Shown here: one piece after another, positions 11,074 to 21,231 of the stretch | Position numbering within the stretch: the first letter of the stretch is position 1 | How the letters are laid out: every line of letters begins with the position of its first letter | IMG/VR virus record: IMGVR_UViG_3300029214_000148 | DNA length: 64,000 nucleotides | Direction: 5' to 3' (one strand) | DNA from: a virus | Translations under genes and position numbers: made by a program | The notes under the pieces: generated by a model | What the model was told of the DNA's origin: nothing | Database searches by the model: none | What the model saw: the letters and a program-made list of their open reading frames with translations, nothing else

Positions 11074-11100
11074 TTGACGATTGACAAAAAGGATCAATAT
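11074..11100 (+). promoter_or_regulatory. family-1 conserved promoter variant (TTGACGATTGACAAAAAGGATCAATAT)
   Basis: repeat family copy. Confidence 0.45.
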
Positions 11101-11150
11101 ATAAAGTGAAAATGTAATGAGCATTTTACATAAGAAAGAAGGAAAATTTT

Positions 11151-11579
11151 ATGAAGAAAGCATACGAAGATTATTTGCAGTTGAAGCCTTATCAGTTCGT
11201 TTCATGGTTAAGCCGACAATTTGATATTGATACCCCGTACACGTTTACCACAGAAGATGATATCAACCGTGGACTTGAAGTTCTCTCAGTATACGCCCAG
11301 AATATCAGCTTTTTGGAAGATATGCAGTCCTTCTGCAAGCTGTACTGCAGAGAATTAAAGAGACTTGGGCCGGCAACCAAAAGTTCCTATGAGGATATGG
11401 TTGACCGTGGAGCAGCGATCGAGAATAAGATTTCCGGACTAAAAGTTTTATACCAAGCGCTCAACAAGAATATCACATTGATCTCTGACCAGCTGAAACG
11501 CCCACAGGAACATACCATCAGCAATTCTAGTCAGAACGGGCAGTGGAAAAACACTGGCTACCAGAACCGAAAACACTGA
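11151..11579 (+). CDS. hypothetical protein
   Basis: 142 aa ORF. Confidence 0.45.
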   Translation: MKKAYEDYLQLKPYQFVSWLSRQFDIDTPYTFTTEDDINRGLEVLSVYAQNISFLEDMQSFCKLYCRELKRLGPATKSSYEDMVDRGAAIENKISGLKVLYQALNKNITLISDQLKRPQEHTISNSSQNGQWKNTGYQNRKH

Positions 11580-11585
11580 CGCACG

Positions 11586-11617
11586 AAAGAGACTGCAAAA
11601 GCAGCCTCTTTTTTTTT
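11586..11617 (+). terminator. rho-independent terminator
   Basis: AAGAGACTGCAAAAGCAGCCTCTT + T9. Confidence 0.6.
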
Positions 11618-11695
11618 GGCATAAAAAAATAAGGCTGTAAAAACAGTAATTCATATTAATGGTAGTGAGAAATGAAAGAAAGAGGGGAAAACAAC

Positions 11696-11902
11696 ATGGA
11701 TATAGAAGAACTCTACAACGTGGTGTTTGACGATTATGGGAATATCAAGGTATGTGGTAGACAGCAAACGAAACAGCTGATCCTTGCCTGCCAAAAAGTA
11801 GACAGTACCATGGATTTTGGCGATCCGCGTACGGGATTTATGAATATTACAAACATCTGCATGCTTCGGACACGCTTAAGAAAAAACAGAAAGGAATCGT
11901 GA
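11696..11902 (+). CDS. small hypothetical protein
   Basis: 68 aa; ATG after GAAAGAGGGGAAAACAAC; preceded by conserved AAATAAGGCTGTAAAAACAGTAATTCATATT element. Confidence 0.4.
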   Translation: MDIEELYNVVFDDYGNIKVCGRQQTKQLILACQKVDSTMDFGDPRTGFMNITNICMLRTRLRKNRKES

Positions 11903-11906
11903 ATTT

Positions 11907-12683
11907 ATGCTTTCAACAATACAGATTTATTCGCAGAGATTTTTCCAGGAAGCGATACTTATGACAATTAAGCAGCCATCAAAACCCGGGAAAAGTGTTA
12001 ATTCCAATGCAGGGGTAGCTTCCGTCAACGAACTGAATACTTATTTCACTAATGCCATTTCCTATGCCGGATATATTGTTGTGGCACTTGGAATTATCTC
12101 GTTAATTCTTGCTTTTGCAGAAAGCAGCATGAACTCAAAAGCAAGAGGCTCAATGCTTGTCGCCGGCGGTGCGATCATGGTATCCTTTGCTGCCGTTATG
12201 GATAAACTCCGGATCGGAACAGACTCAACCGGAGCTTCCGTTGCAAAGAAAACACTCACCATGATAGGAACCGGCATGACATTAGTGGGCGGTATTCTGC
12301 TTGCATACAGTGTCATTCAATATATCATGGCATTTATCCATTCTACCGCTGATGAAAGTGCAAACGCGTCCAAAGGGCTTGCTGTCGGAATTGCATTTTC
12401 CTGCGGCGGTGGGATCATGAAAGGATTAAAGGGTATTCTTGCCAGCAATAGCCACGGCACTACAAGAATTGTCAAATATGTCGTATACCAGGTTATCGCA
12501 AATGCGGCAACCTATGTAGGTGTCGGAATGATTCTGTACGGAATTATAAACTATCTGCTTGCCTACAGGGATGAAAATGTTGAATCAAAAATGAAAGCAA
12601 GCATATATTTCGCCATCGGACTCGGACTTACTTCCGCACGGGTTATTATCCATAGTGTAACCAAACTTGGTTACTATAAATAA
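11907..12683 (+). CDS. polytopic membrane protein, putative T4SS component
   Basis: 258 aa, multiple hydrophobic helices, sits in VirB4 neighbourhood. Confidence 0.4.
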   Translation: MLSTIQIYSQRFFQEAILMTIKQPSKPGKSVNSNAGVASVNELNTYFTNAISYAGYIVVALGIISLILAFAESSMNSKARGSMLVAGGAIMVSFAAVMDKLRIGTDSTGASVAKKTLTMIGTGMTLVGGILLAYSVIQYIMAFIHSTADESANASKGLAVGIAFSCGGGIMKGLKGILASNSHGTTRIVKYVVYQVIANAATYVGVGMILYGIINYLLAYRDENVESKMKASIYFAIGLGLTSARVIIHSVTKLGYYK

Positions 12684-12776
12684 AAACTACCGATTATGGA
12701 ACATATAGATCAGCACACCGCACAGCGGTCCTCTGGAGTACCAGAGAAGAGAATGGAAGAAAGGAGGAAAAGGTAG

Positions 12777-13661
12777 ATGTCACAACTTATAGATAAAATC
12801 GTACAGGCGTTTAACTCCATTCTGGAATACCCTGTAAAAAAGCTTCTCGAGAACGCAATCGGAGAACAGCAGTTAAAATCCGTATTGAAGTTCCTGCAGT
12901 TATCAGCAAGCGGCGGATCCGGAAATCCAAATTACGCAAAAGTATTTGAAATGATAAATCTTATATTCAGCGTATTAAAACCGATTGGCTTTGCATTAAT
13001 TGCTACATTTTTCATTATCCATATGATCGAGGTCGTGTCCAAGGATGCCTTGACTTTAGACAGCTTTATCAAAGGATTAATCGGACTTGTATTAGTTATA
13101 TCAGTTGCGGCAAATGCAGCAGAGATTATGAATGCAATCTTTAACCTTGGTGAAAAGTTACTCATGCTCGTTTACAACAGCATTACTTCCCCTAAGAATG
13201 GCACAAACTTAAATTCTGTTATTAAAAATACCGCAAGTTCCATGGTTACAACCTACGGTGCCGGCTCCATAGCAATCGCATTAGTTATCTGGCTTGTCCA
13301 TCAGATCGTTATCATCGGTATTGATGTAGCTGCATTCTCACGAATTATTGATATCGGCTGGAGAGCCGCATGTATGCCTATCGGTATCGCGAATTCGTTT
13401 GAAGGCGGCGTAAATTCTTCTGGTGCAAAATTCTTCAAAGGCTTTGTAGCATCTGTCATATCGGGAGTTGTTATGGTTATCATCTGTGCAATTGGGTTTT
13501 CCTTATCAGCCGCTTTATTATCCTCACAAGCAGCCAGTCTTGCAACAAAATTTGTACATAAAGGAGCCATGACATTGATTGCAGAAGTAATCGCTGTAGA
13601 ATTTGCGACCATGGGAGCTGCAATCGCTGCACCAACAAAAACAAAAGAATTGTTTAATTAA
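12777..13661 (+). CDS. polytopic membrane protein, putative VirB6/TrbL-like channel component
   Basis: 294 aa, at least 6 predicted helices; AAAGGAGG RBS. Confidence 0.4.
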   Translation: MSQLIDKIVQAFNSILEYPVKKLLENAIGEQQLKSVLKFLQLSASGGSGNPNYAKVFEMINLIFSVLKPIGFALIATFFIIHMIEVVSKDALTLDSFIKGLIGLVLVISVAANAAEIMNAIFNLGEKLLMLVYNSITSPKNGTNLNSVIKNTASSMVTTYGAGSIAIALVIWLVHQIVIIGIDVAAFSRIIDIGWRAACMPIGIANSFEGGVNSSGAKFFKGFVASVISGVVMVIICAIGFSLSAALLSSQAASLATKFVHKGAMTLIAEVIAVEFATMGAAIAAPTKTKELFN

Positions 13662-13717
13662 TACATTTTTTTACGGCTTGTGAAAAACATCGTCATAATT
13701 AAGAAAGGAGGATTTTC

Positions 13718-14134
13718 ATGGTATCGAGAAAAACCCAGAAAGATGTTGGAAAATTTAAGGCAAAACTTGCCGGACCATTTACTGCCCGGCAGACGGTATT
13801 TATCGGAATGGGTGCAGCAGTAGATATCCTTGTATGTTCCGCCATGCATGGAGCAGGCTTTGACATCAATGTGATCGCGGCTGTATGCATCTGCATAATT
13901 GCACCATTTGTTTTATTTGGCACCGTCAACCCTTACGGAATGACATGCGAAAAATTCCTGTACCAGTTTTACATCTATCATGTTGTTGCACCATCTGTGA
14001 GGAAATACTGCACGCATACCGCTTTAGACGATATTAACACAGAAATTTCCCCGGAAGACAAGAAAAAGATGGAAATCAAAAAGAAAAAGATGAGTAAACA
14101 TACAGAAATAAAAGGATACCATTCTTTTGAATAA
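13718..14134 (+). CDS. PrgI/VirB3-like small T4SS membrane protein
   Basis: 138 aa, two helices, immediately upstream of VirB4 as in Firmicutes T4SS. Confidence 0.45.
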   Translation: MVSRKTQKDVGKFKAKLAGPFTARQTVFIGMGAAVDILVCSAMHGAGFDINVIAAVCICIIAPFVLFGTVNPYGMTCEKFLYQFYIYHVVAPSVRKYCTHTALDDINTEISPEDKKKMEIKKKKMSKHTEIKGYHSFE

Positions 14135-14138
14135 GAAA

Positions 14139-14166
14139 AGAGGGCTGCGACATGCAGCTCTTTTTC
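14139..14166 (+). terminator. hairpin + T-run
   Basis: GAGGGCTGCGACATGCAGCTC TTTTTC. Confidence 0.45.
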
Positions 14167-14302
14167 TTTACCGTGAAATAAGGCTGCAAAAACAGCAATC
14201 CATATTGATAATAGTGAGATTAACAAACAAGCCAGAATGCTTTTCCCTGTTTTGGGCACGAAATAAGAAGAAAGGAGAGCGGAATTTTCCGCCAAACAAC
14301 TC

Positions 14303-16705
14303 ATGACAGATAAGAAAAAAATAGAATCAACAAAACATCCCACCAAAATACCAAAAGATGTGCTCACCACCATTCCTTTTACAAGAGTGTACGATGACAC
14401 AAATACAGATGGTGGTATCATTGAAATTTCCAATGGATTGTACTCAAAATCCTATTATCTTGATGACACAAGTTTCTCTGACCTCGGAGATGAGGAACAG
14501 GACGATATCTTAAAATCATTCGAAAGGATCCTGAATACATTTAACCACCTGTATTCATATGAAATTACGGTCAACATTCGTAATATCGACAAAAGCAAAT
14601 TTAATGAAACGATCCTTATGCAGTATAAGAAAGATGAACTGGATGACCTGCGTGCGGAGCATAACGAGATCATTCTGGATAAGATGCAGGAAGGTAAAAA
14701 CAATTTAAAGGCGGAGAAGTATATTACCATTTCCGTAGAAGGAGAAAACATCAAAGATGCGCTTGAATTATTCGCTTCCATCGAGAAAGAAATCAATGTG
14801 AAATTCAAACACATTAACAATACCGGCATGCGTGCAATTTCACTGAAGGACCGGATGAAAATTCTCCATAACATCTACAACCTCGAGAACGAAGATTCCT
14901 TTAATCAGGATTTTAACCCGCGTTCCTTACAGAAACAGGGTATGAGCATAAAAACAGCGATTGCACCAATGTCCTTTGACTTCAAATCCAAAAACATGGA
15001 TTTCTTCAAGATTGGCGGCATTTACGGACGTTCCATGATTCTCCGCTCTATTCCTGCTAATATCAGCGGAAACCTGATCGAGACACTTTCCTCCGTATCC
15101 ACCAATATGCTTCTTTCCGTCCATTATGATGCACAGGAGCAGGAGAAAGCAGTCGCGTTTGCCTCTCATCAGGTAACTTCTGTCGGCGGTGATGTTATCA
15201 AACAGCAGACATCCCTTTCCAGAAGTGGTGCATCCCCGGACATGATTTCCCCGAAACTGCGTACTGCCCAGCTGGATGCGCAGGAAATGTTGGATGACCT
15301 GACAAACCGCAACCAGAAACTTTTCAAGGTTACCGTTGTTGCAACCGTGTTTGCAACCAATGAGAAAGACCTTGATATGTTCACGGAACAGATCAAGACA
15401 AAAGCAAAGGAAAATGTGTGTTCCATAGGTATCTTATATACCACGCAGGAACAGGGTTTTAACAGTTCCCTCCCACTGGCTAAAAACTATCTGGATGACA
15501 CCTATCTGGTAATGACCAGCGAGACAGCTTCTGCCGTCCAGCCATTTTCAACGGTCGAACTGCAGTCCAAGGGCGGTTTTTATTACGGACTGAACACCTT
15601 GTCCAAAAACCTTATTATTTACAACCGTTCCATTGGAATCAACCAGAATGGTTTTATCCTCGGTTCCCCTGGTACTGGTAAGTCATTCACTGCAAAAATA
15701 GAAATGTATCAGACTTATCTTAATACGGACAATACACAGATCTTTGTCCTTGATCCAGAGCAGGAGTACACGGTGCTTGCCAACCGTCTCGGCGGACAGG
15801 TATTCTCTATTGAACCGGGTGGCACAACTCACTTAAACCCACTCGATCTCGACATCACAAAAGATTCCGATGGCGATCCTCTCGCCCAGAAAGTAGACTA
15901 TATCATCTGTATCATTGAGCGTATGCTTGGTGGTAAATCGGAGCTTTCCGGATACGCAAAATCTTTCATTGATGCAACGTTACAGGATTTATACCGTCCG
16001 TATATCGCAGATCTGGAAAGCAGGGGGGTTACGATTGATACAGATACCTGTCCGACATTAAAAGATCTGTACGATATGCTCAGTAAGCACAAGAAACCGG
16101 AAGCCAGAAACCTTGCGGCGTCCATCCGTACATATTGTGATGGTACACTGGATCTGTTCGCACACCACACAAACATTGATGTAAACGCCAAAATGGTAAC
16201 CTATGATACCAGCCATATCGGTACCAACTTAAAGGAATTGGGAATGCAGATCTGTCTGAACGATATCTGGAACCGTATGATTGCAAACAAGAAAAAAAAG
16301 ATTCGTACCTATTTCTACATTGATGAGGCTCATTTATTCCTGCGTATGCCATCGTCCGCAGAATATATCGCAATGGTATGGAAACGTGCAAGGAAATGGA
16401 TGGGGACCCCTACCTTTATTACCCAGAACGTAGAAGATATGTTACGGTCCGCAGAAGGAAACACAATTCTTTCTACATCCGATTTCGCCGTTATGCTGTC
16501 TCAGTCACCGCTTGACCGTGCAGCATTATCAGAATTGTTTCATATCAGCCCGGAACAGCAGGAATTCTTTACGCATACCGGTTGCGGTGAGGGACTTATT
16601 TATACAGCAAAAGCAATCGTGCCATTTGAAAACCATTTCCCGGAAAACACAGAACTGTACAAGATTCTGTCCACAAAGCCGGCAGATGCAGAAGCACTTG
16701 CTTAA
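14303..16705 (+). CDS. VirB4-family conjugative transfer ATPase (PrgJ/TcpF-like)
   Basis: 800 aa; Walker A GSPGTGKSF; Walker B YFYIDEAHLFL; size and N-terminal region typical of VirB4/CagE. Confidence 0.85.
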   Translation: MTDKKKIESTKHPTKIPKDVLTTIPFTRVYDDTNTDGGIIEISNGLYSKSYYLDDTSFSDLGDEEQDDILKSFERILNTFNHLYSYEITVNIRNIDKSKFNETILMQYKKDELDDLRAEHNEIILDKMQEGKNNLKAEKYITISVEGENIKDALELFASIEKEINVKFKHINNTGMRAISLKDRMKILHNIYNLENEDSFNQDFNPRSLQKQGMSIKTAIAPMSFDFKSKNMDFFKIGGIYGRSMILRSIPANISGNLIETLSSVSTNMLLSVHYDAQEQEKAVAFASHQVTSVGGDVIKQQTSLSRSGASPDMISPKLRTAQLDAQEMLDDLTNRNQKLFKVTVVATVFATNEKDLDMFTEQIKTKAKENVCSIGILYTTQEQGFNSSLPLAKNYLDDTYLVMTSETASAVQPFSTVELQSKGGFYYGLNTLSKNLIIYNRSIGINQNGFILGSPGTGKSFTAKIEMYQTYLNTDNTQIFVLDPEQEYTVLANRLGGQVFSIEPGGTTHLNPLDLDITKDSDGDPLAQKVDYIICIIERMLGGKSELSGYAKSFIDATLQDLYRPYIADLESRGVTIDTDTCPTLKDLYDMLSKHKKPEARNLAASIRTYCDGTLDLFAHHTNIDVNAKMVTYDTSHIGTNLKELGMQICLNDIWNRMIANKKKKIRTYFYIDEAHLFLRMPSSAEYIAMVWKRARKWMGTPTFITQNVEDMLRSAEGNTILSTSDFAVMLSQSPLDRAALSELFHISPEQQEFFTHTGCGEGLIYTAKAIVPFENHFPENTELYKILSTKPADAEALA

Positions 16706-16762
16706 AAATATATTCCGGGTGTCCAGTGGATGCCCGGTGCTTTTAAAATGAGAGGTGAGGAT

Positions 16763-16933
16763 ATGTCAAGAATATGCCCGGAGACGAACGATACCGTGTT
16801 GTCACAGGATTGCGTGGAGTGTGAGACAAAACTATGCAGAACCAAGACGCAGCCGCCTGACAGCATGATAAACATGGATAAGAAAAGTAATGGTACCGTT
16901 AAAAATGCAGGAAAACCAGAGCTTCGGCTGTAA
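16763..16933 (+). CDS. small Cys-containing protein
   Basis: 56 aa; ATG after GAGAGGTGAGG. Confidence 0.3.
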   Translation: MSRICPETNDTVLSQDCVECETKLCRTKTQPPDSMINMDKKSNGTVKNAGKPELRL

Positions 16934-17013
16934 GTCTATTTCAATCGGAAAAGTTTTTTTCTTTCATATTTTTTGATGTAAGCAAAAAGTTATGCATCGA
17001 AAGGAGAAAATAC

Positions 17014-17352
17014 ATGAAGAGGGAAGGAATTGTAACGGTTGAATTAATTGTCATGTTTACCAACTGTGAGGATAACAATAAATTGAAGGATTTGTTTGAT
17101 CTTGTGATCGAACCGGAATCATCCAATGCCGGCGATCCTGGTATCATCGAATGTTCTGTAGTTTCCGAAGCCCGTATTGAAGCCGAAAACGGGGAAATCT
17201 GGGACAGAAATGGAGACCCCGGCATCTCTCCAAGCTGTGAGTCAGAATATTATTACGACAGCAGCGATCTACTGAAAAAACTGGAACAGCTGGGATACTG
17301 TGCAAAGATTATCTATGAGCAGCCTGACTGGGGCAGTTTTGTTGCGGCATAG
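17014..17352 (+). CDS. hypothetical acidic protein (cassette 1)
   Basis: 112 aa; family-2 promoter + GAAAGGAGAAAATAC RBS. Confidence 0.45.
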   Translation: MKREGIVTVELIVMFTNCEDNNKLKDLFDLVIEPESSNAGDPGIIECSVVSEARIEAENGEIWDRNGDPGISPSCESEYYYDSSDLLKKLEQLGYCAKIIYEQPDWGSFVAA

Positions 17353-17369
17353 CGAAAAATGGAGGGAAC

Positions 17370-17657
17370 ATGCGGAAATTCAAACTTAAAATCTGCTCAG
17401 AGTGTCGGAAGATGTATCTGCCGACCTACAACAACCAGAAACAATGCTCGGAGGACTGCCGTATTTCTGCCGATCGGAGAAGAAAGAGGGAACGGCAGAG
17501 AGAAAAGAGAAATTCGTTTCATAAACTCCATGTCTGCCGGCAGTGTGGCAAAGAGTTTATTGCAACCACGGCATCCATGTATTGTTCTGATGTGTGTCGG
17601 AAGATCGCCCAAAAAGAAAGAGAGCGGAAATACGGGGAAAATGCAGGAGGAAAGTAA
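17370..17657 (+). CDS. zinc-ribbon protein with basic linker
   Basis: 95 aa; CSEC..CSEDC and CRQCG..CSDVC pairs, RRRKRERQREKR. Confidence 0.45.
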   Translation: MRKFKLKICSECRKMYLPTYNNQKQCSEDCRISADRRRKRERQREKRNSFHKLHVCRQCGKEFIATTASMYCSDVCRKIAQKERERKYGENAGGK

Positions 17658-17665
17658 GAGAAAAA

Positions 17666-17692
17666 GGACATAGCTTCGGCTGTGTCTTTTTT
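17666..17692 (+). terminator. UUCG-tetraloop terminator
   Basis: ACATAGC TTCG GCTGTGT + T6. Confidence 0.6.
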
Positions 17693-17743
17693 GTTTCATA
17701 TTCTATATGTAAACAAATTCAGAATTTGAAAGGAGAAAATACG

Positions 17744-18700
17744 ATGAAAAAGGAAGAAATTGAAAGATACGTGGCAGCAAGGAACAATACGGTTTTGAAT
17801 TTTCCCGACCGTGGGCCATGGGGAAACAATAAATATCGTGGAAACTGTAGTGGATGGATAATTGCATATCTCATCTGGAGATATGGTGTCAAATCTCTCG
17901 CGGAGCTATTTGCAGGTGGTGGCACAGGATCTGACGTATGCAGGGATATGGATATTCCATATATCGGCGCAGATCTAAATCCAAACCCGGTAAGAAACAA
18001 TATTCTCACCACTGATGCGGTTTCAGATGAGGTACCGGATGAATTCCGGGACAAAGATATGTTATTCATGCACCCGCCTTATGGTGCTGAAATAGGTATT
18101 CCCTATGCAGGAAGTATGTATAAGGATCCAACCGGGAAACTTGCAAAGTCAGATCTCGGACAGATGCCATGGAAAGACATCATGAAAACGTTAAATGCGA
18201 TCATCATGAAGTATTATGCTGCAATGGCCCCGGGAAGCAAAATGGCAGTTCTTATGGGAGATGTCCGAAGAAAAGGAGTATACCACTCTATGTTCAACGA
18301 CATTGTAATGCCAGGGACAGTTTTACAGACATATGTTAAGATGCAGAACAATTGCGTTTCCGACGGGCGAACATACAGCAATCGTTTTACTCCTATCGGA
18401 CATGAGATGATGTATGTGATCGAAAAGGCAATGAATGCTTACCTGATAAATTACAAAATTCCATTTGAAAAGGAGATGGACATTCGTAATTCTCAGGCAG
18501 CTACTTGGAAAGATGTTGTTTATGCGGCAATGCACAAGCTTAACAAGAATGCGACTATGGAAGAAATTTACGAAGAAATTGAGGGATACAAAAAATGTGA
18601 AAGTAATCCTCATTGGAAAGACAAAGTAAGACAGACTTTGCAATTTGGCCCATTTAAGTCCGTCAGACGCGGCGTTTGGAAACTTGCGGCGGCAGCTTAA
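17744..18700 (+). CDS. orphan DNA methyltransferase (amino-methyltransferase, motif I before motif IV)
   Basis: ELFAGGGTGSD (FxGxG) then FMHPPYG (PPY). No adjacent restriction gene. ATG after GAAAGGAGAAAATACG. Confidence 0.65.
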   Translation: MKKEEIERYVAARNNTVLNFPDRGPWGNNKYRGNCSGWIIAYLIWRYGVKSLAELFAGGGTGSDVCRDMDIPYIGADLNPNPVRNNILTTDAVSDEVPDEFRDKDMLFMHPPYGAEIGIPYAGSMYKDPTGKLAKSDLGQMPWKDIMKTLNAIIMKYYAAMAPGSKMAVLMGDVRRKGVYHSMFNDIVMPGTVLQTYVKMQNNCVSDGRTYSNRFTPIGHEMMYVIEKAMNAYLINYKIPFEKEMDIRNSQAATWKDVVYAAMHKLNKNATMEEIYEEIEGYKKCESNPHWKDKVRQTLQFGPFKSVRRGVWKLAAAA

Positions 18701-18719
18701 AAAATAACTGCATTTAAAG

Positions 18720-18748
18720 GCACGGCTTCGGCTGTGTCTTTTTTTTTG
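18720..18748 (+). terminator. UUCG-tetraloop terminator
   Basis: CACGGC TTCG GCTGTG + T10. Confidence 0.6.
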
Positions 18749-18803
18749 TTTCATATTCCATATGTATAACCAAAATTTCTATCAATGAAAGGAGAAAAAT
18801 GAA

Positions 18804-19199
18804 ATGACAGAATTAGAAAAATCAAGAATGGTGATGGAAGGAAACGGAAATATGACCTGCAATTACATCGAGTACCATAAGATGACGGATCGAATGTTTT
18901 ACGGCGTACCACTGACAGAGGCTCATCTTGCAAGATGTACGGAAACATTACGTTGCTATCTTACCAATGGTGGAGCCGGAAAACTCATGAACAAATTAGG
19001 TATCGGAATTAAGTTGACTACCAAACAGGCTTTACTTCTTCCAGAAGAAATTGTATCTGAGCGGTTCGTCTGGTTAAAGGGACCGCGAAAAGGGCAGTTA
19101 CTGGAAAGACATGAGATCGAAGCTATCGGAATGTTCCTTCCCGGCGGAGCGTTATACCAAAAAGAAGGTAATTACAGATGGGATAGTCTCACCAATTAA
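18804..19199 (+). CDS. hypothetical protein (cassette)
   Basis: 131 aa; second ATG after an ATG-AAA-TGA micro-ORF. Confidence 0.45.
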   Translation: MTELEKSRMVMEGNGNMTCNYIEYHKMTDRMFYGVPLTEAHLARCTETLRCYLTNGGAGKLMNKLGIGIKLTTKQALLLPEEIVSERFVWLKGPRKGQLLERHEIEAIGMFLPGGALYQKEGNYRWDSLTN

Positions 19200-19254
19200 T
19201 TATTGATATTTTTGGAGATGCAAAATATGCCAGAAATAAATCATTTTAATTTCA

Positions 19255-19285
19255 AGAGCCTGCTTTGGCAGGCTCTTTTTTTTAT
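19255..19285 (+). terminator. rho-independent terminator
   Basis: AAGAGCCTGC TTTG GCAGGCTCTT + T8. Confidence 0.7.
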
Positions 19286-19335
19286 CTCATATTCTCTATG
19301 TAAACAAATTTGCATCATCGAAAGGAGATTTTACT

Positions 19336-20193
19336 ATGAGCTATTACAAAGTAAGAAGTGTCGCTTTTAAGCGGTCAATCAAGAAGATTTACGTCAGCTG
19401 CGCGGATCCATCTCTGCCCCCACTCAAGTATTACAGAAGCGAATACGCAGAGAATGTTGAGGATTTCGCAGAGAAATGCAAGATGTTCTGGGTGGATGTC
19501 CTGTCTGGGAACTTCCAGTTCATGAAAAGCAACCGATGGAATTCTTACGTGACAGATGCGTATGCAGAAATGCACCGGATCGCACATGATATCGATATTT
19601 TCGGCAAGGATCTGGATTACAAAACCAGTTTTTACGATGAGCTGCAGGAGTATGTTGCGAAAACATATCTTGTGCCGATCGTCACAAAGGAAGCAAAGCA
19701 TATTGATGTTGAATTCGAGGCTGGCTTCGCAGAAAAATGCCAGAAAAGATGGGATGAGATCGACAAGGAACGCAGTCAAAACAAACAAATTTATATTCAC
19801 ACTGCGTTAATATCAGACATATTCCATGGATGGGATACACTTTGGAGCAAAGACAAAAACCAGACCATCATTGCCAGAAGAGGACACTACAACAACCGTG
19901 GACTCCTGGACAATGCAGATGAGACAGCCATTTTCCTTCCGGAAGGAAGTGGAAGTGACTGGGGAAAGATTGCGCACGCAAAGACAGAAAATCTCCCGGA
20001 GATCCTGAATAAATACCCGCAGCTTGCCGGCGCGATCACAGTCGAAGCAACCTACCAGTCTGAAGAACGCGCCGCAATGGACGGCTACGAAAAGATTTTC
20101 CGGAAACCGGACGGTGTCATCCTGTACGCAAAAGAAGGCAACCACCATGAGACAACATGGGCGGAAGTCATTGGATATGGGGAAGTGTATTAA
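19336..20193 (+). CDS. hypothetical protein (cassette)
   Basis: 285 aa. Confidence 0.5.
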   Translation: MSYYKVRSVAFKRSIKKIYVSCADPSLPPLKYYRSEYAENVEDFAEKCKMFWVDVLSGNFQFMKSNRWNSYVTDAYAEMHRIAHDIDIFGKDLDYKTSFYDELQEYVAKTYLVPIVTKEAKHIDVEFEAGFAEKCQKRWDEIDKERSQNKQIYIHTALISDIFHGWDTLWSKDKNQTIIARRGHYNNRGLLDNADETAIFLPEGSGSDWGKIAHAKTENLPEILNKYPQLAGAITVEATYQSEERAAMDGYEKIFRKPDGVILYAKEGNHHETTWAEVIGYGEVY

Positions 20194-20194
20194 C

Positions 20195-20491
20195 ATGCAT
20201 GAACTTATATCTTACGACCAGCTGTTAAAAGACATCAAAGAACATCCGGAGTTCCCTTATGTCATTCTTGATCTTTTCCTTGAAAACGATGAGGAAGTTG
20301 ATCTCTGGTGTTCCCAGCATACGACATCTGCGTTTAAACTTGGGGAACCGGTGTACCGGCTTGTGCGGGGAAAGACCGCATACGAGCTGCCGGATATGAA
20401 ACAGGTTGGTTGGAAAATCAAGGACAGACTGCAGAAAGATCTGCGAGGTACCAGTTTTGAGGTACACAGTAACCTGCGGTTTAAAATCTGA
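20195..20491 (+). CDS. hypothetical protein, translationally coupled
   Basis: internal ATG in ORF 20024..20491, 1 nt after upstream stop. Confidence 0.4.
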   Translation: MHELISYDQLLKDIKEHPEFPYVILDLFLENDEEVDLWCSQHTTSAFKLGEPVYRLVRGKTAYELPDMKQVGWKIKDRLQKDLRGTSFEVHSNLRFKI

Positions 20492-20511
20492 CACCTGCAG
20501 ATAACATTAAG

Positions 20512-20538
20512 GAGAGTCTTCGGGCTCTTCTTTTTTTA
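20512..20538 (+). terminator. UUCG-tetraloop terminator
   Basis: AGAGTC TTCG GGCTCT + T7. Confidence 0.6.
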
Positions 20539-20588
20539 TTGCATATTAAGGGTGTAAACAAAACATATTTGAAAGGAGAATTGAAACT

Positions 20589-21083
20589 ATGAAAGAGTAC
20601 AAAGAATTTAAAGATCGGGATGAAATGTATAAAGTAATTACTTTCTGGAGTAATTGCTGCGGTGACCTGCATCACAACGGGGAATACGATGTCAGCGAGG
20701 AACAGCTTCCGGAAGAATTGCAAAGGGCATACCGCGAACTGTGGGAAGAAGGTAACGGATGCCTGGAATATCTTCTTGAGTATGGTGGCAGATATTACGT
20801 TGCGTTGTCTGCGGAATTTGATGGCGATTACGCAGATATGCTTGGTCTTTCCATGGACGAACTGTATACGGTTGGTAAATGCAATGCACTTAAACTGTAT
20901 TGCACGGATCTGTTTAAGGATACACTGCTTCTTATGGCAAAAAAGCCGCTAGATGGAGATTGCCACGAATTCATATTCCTGGTTCCGGCAATGGAGTCGA
21001 AGGAAGTTTACGATGAAATCGAGAAGGAAATCAGCGAAAAAATCTGGGATGTCCCGAAGGAAGTTGTGGATAAGAGAAGATAG
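20589..21083 (+). CDS. hypothetical acidic protein
   Basis: 164 aa, strongly acidic. Confidence 0.45.
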   Translation: MKEYKEFKDRDEMYKVITFWSNCCGDLHHNGEYDVSEEQLPEELQRAYRELWEEGNGCLEYLLEYGGRYYVALSAEFDGDYADMLGLSMDELYTVGKCNALKLYCTDLFKDTLLLMAKKPLDGDCHEFIFLVPAMESKEVYDEIEKEISEKIWDVPKEVVDKRR

Positions 21084-21231
21084 CAACAAATCACTTAAGG
21101 GGGAATGGGAAACCGTTCCTTCTTTTTCTGCCTGCAAGCAGACGATGTATACAGTTTATTTCAAAAATTAAAATATGAGGTTTTTCAGTATACGGTTGTA
21201 AAAATATTTTTAAAAAACTTTCTAAATTCCT

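Noticed and set aside
20589-21083. Calling the acidic 164-aa protein ArdA
   Set aside because: Size and acidity fit, but I could not align it convincingly to the ArdA sequence I know. Left as a hypothetical acidic protein.
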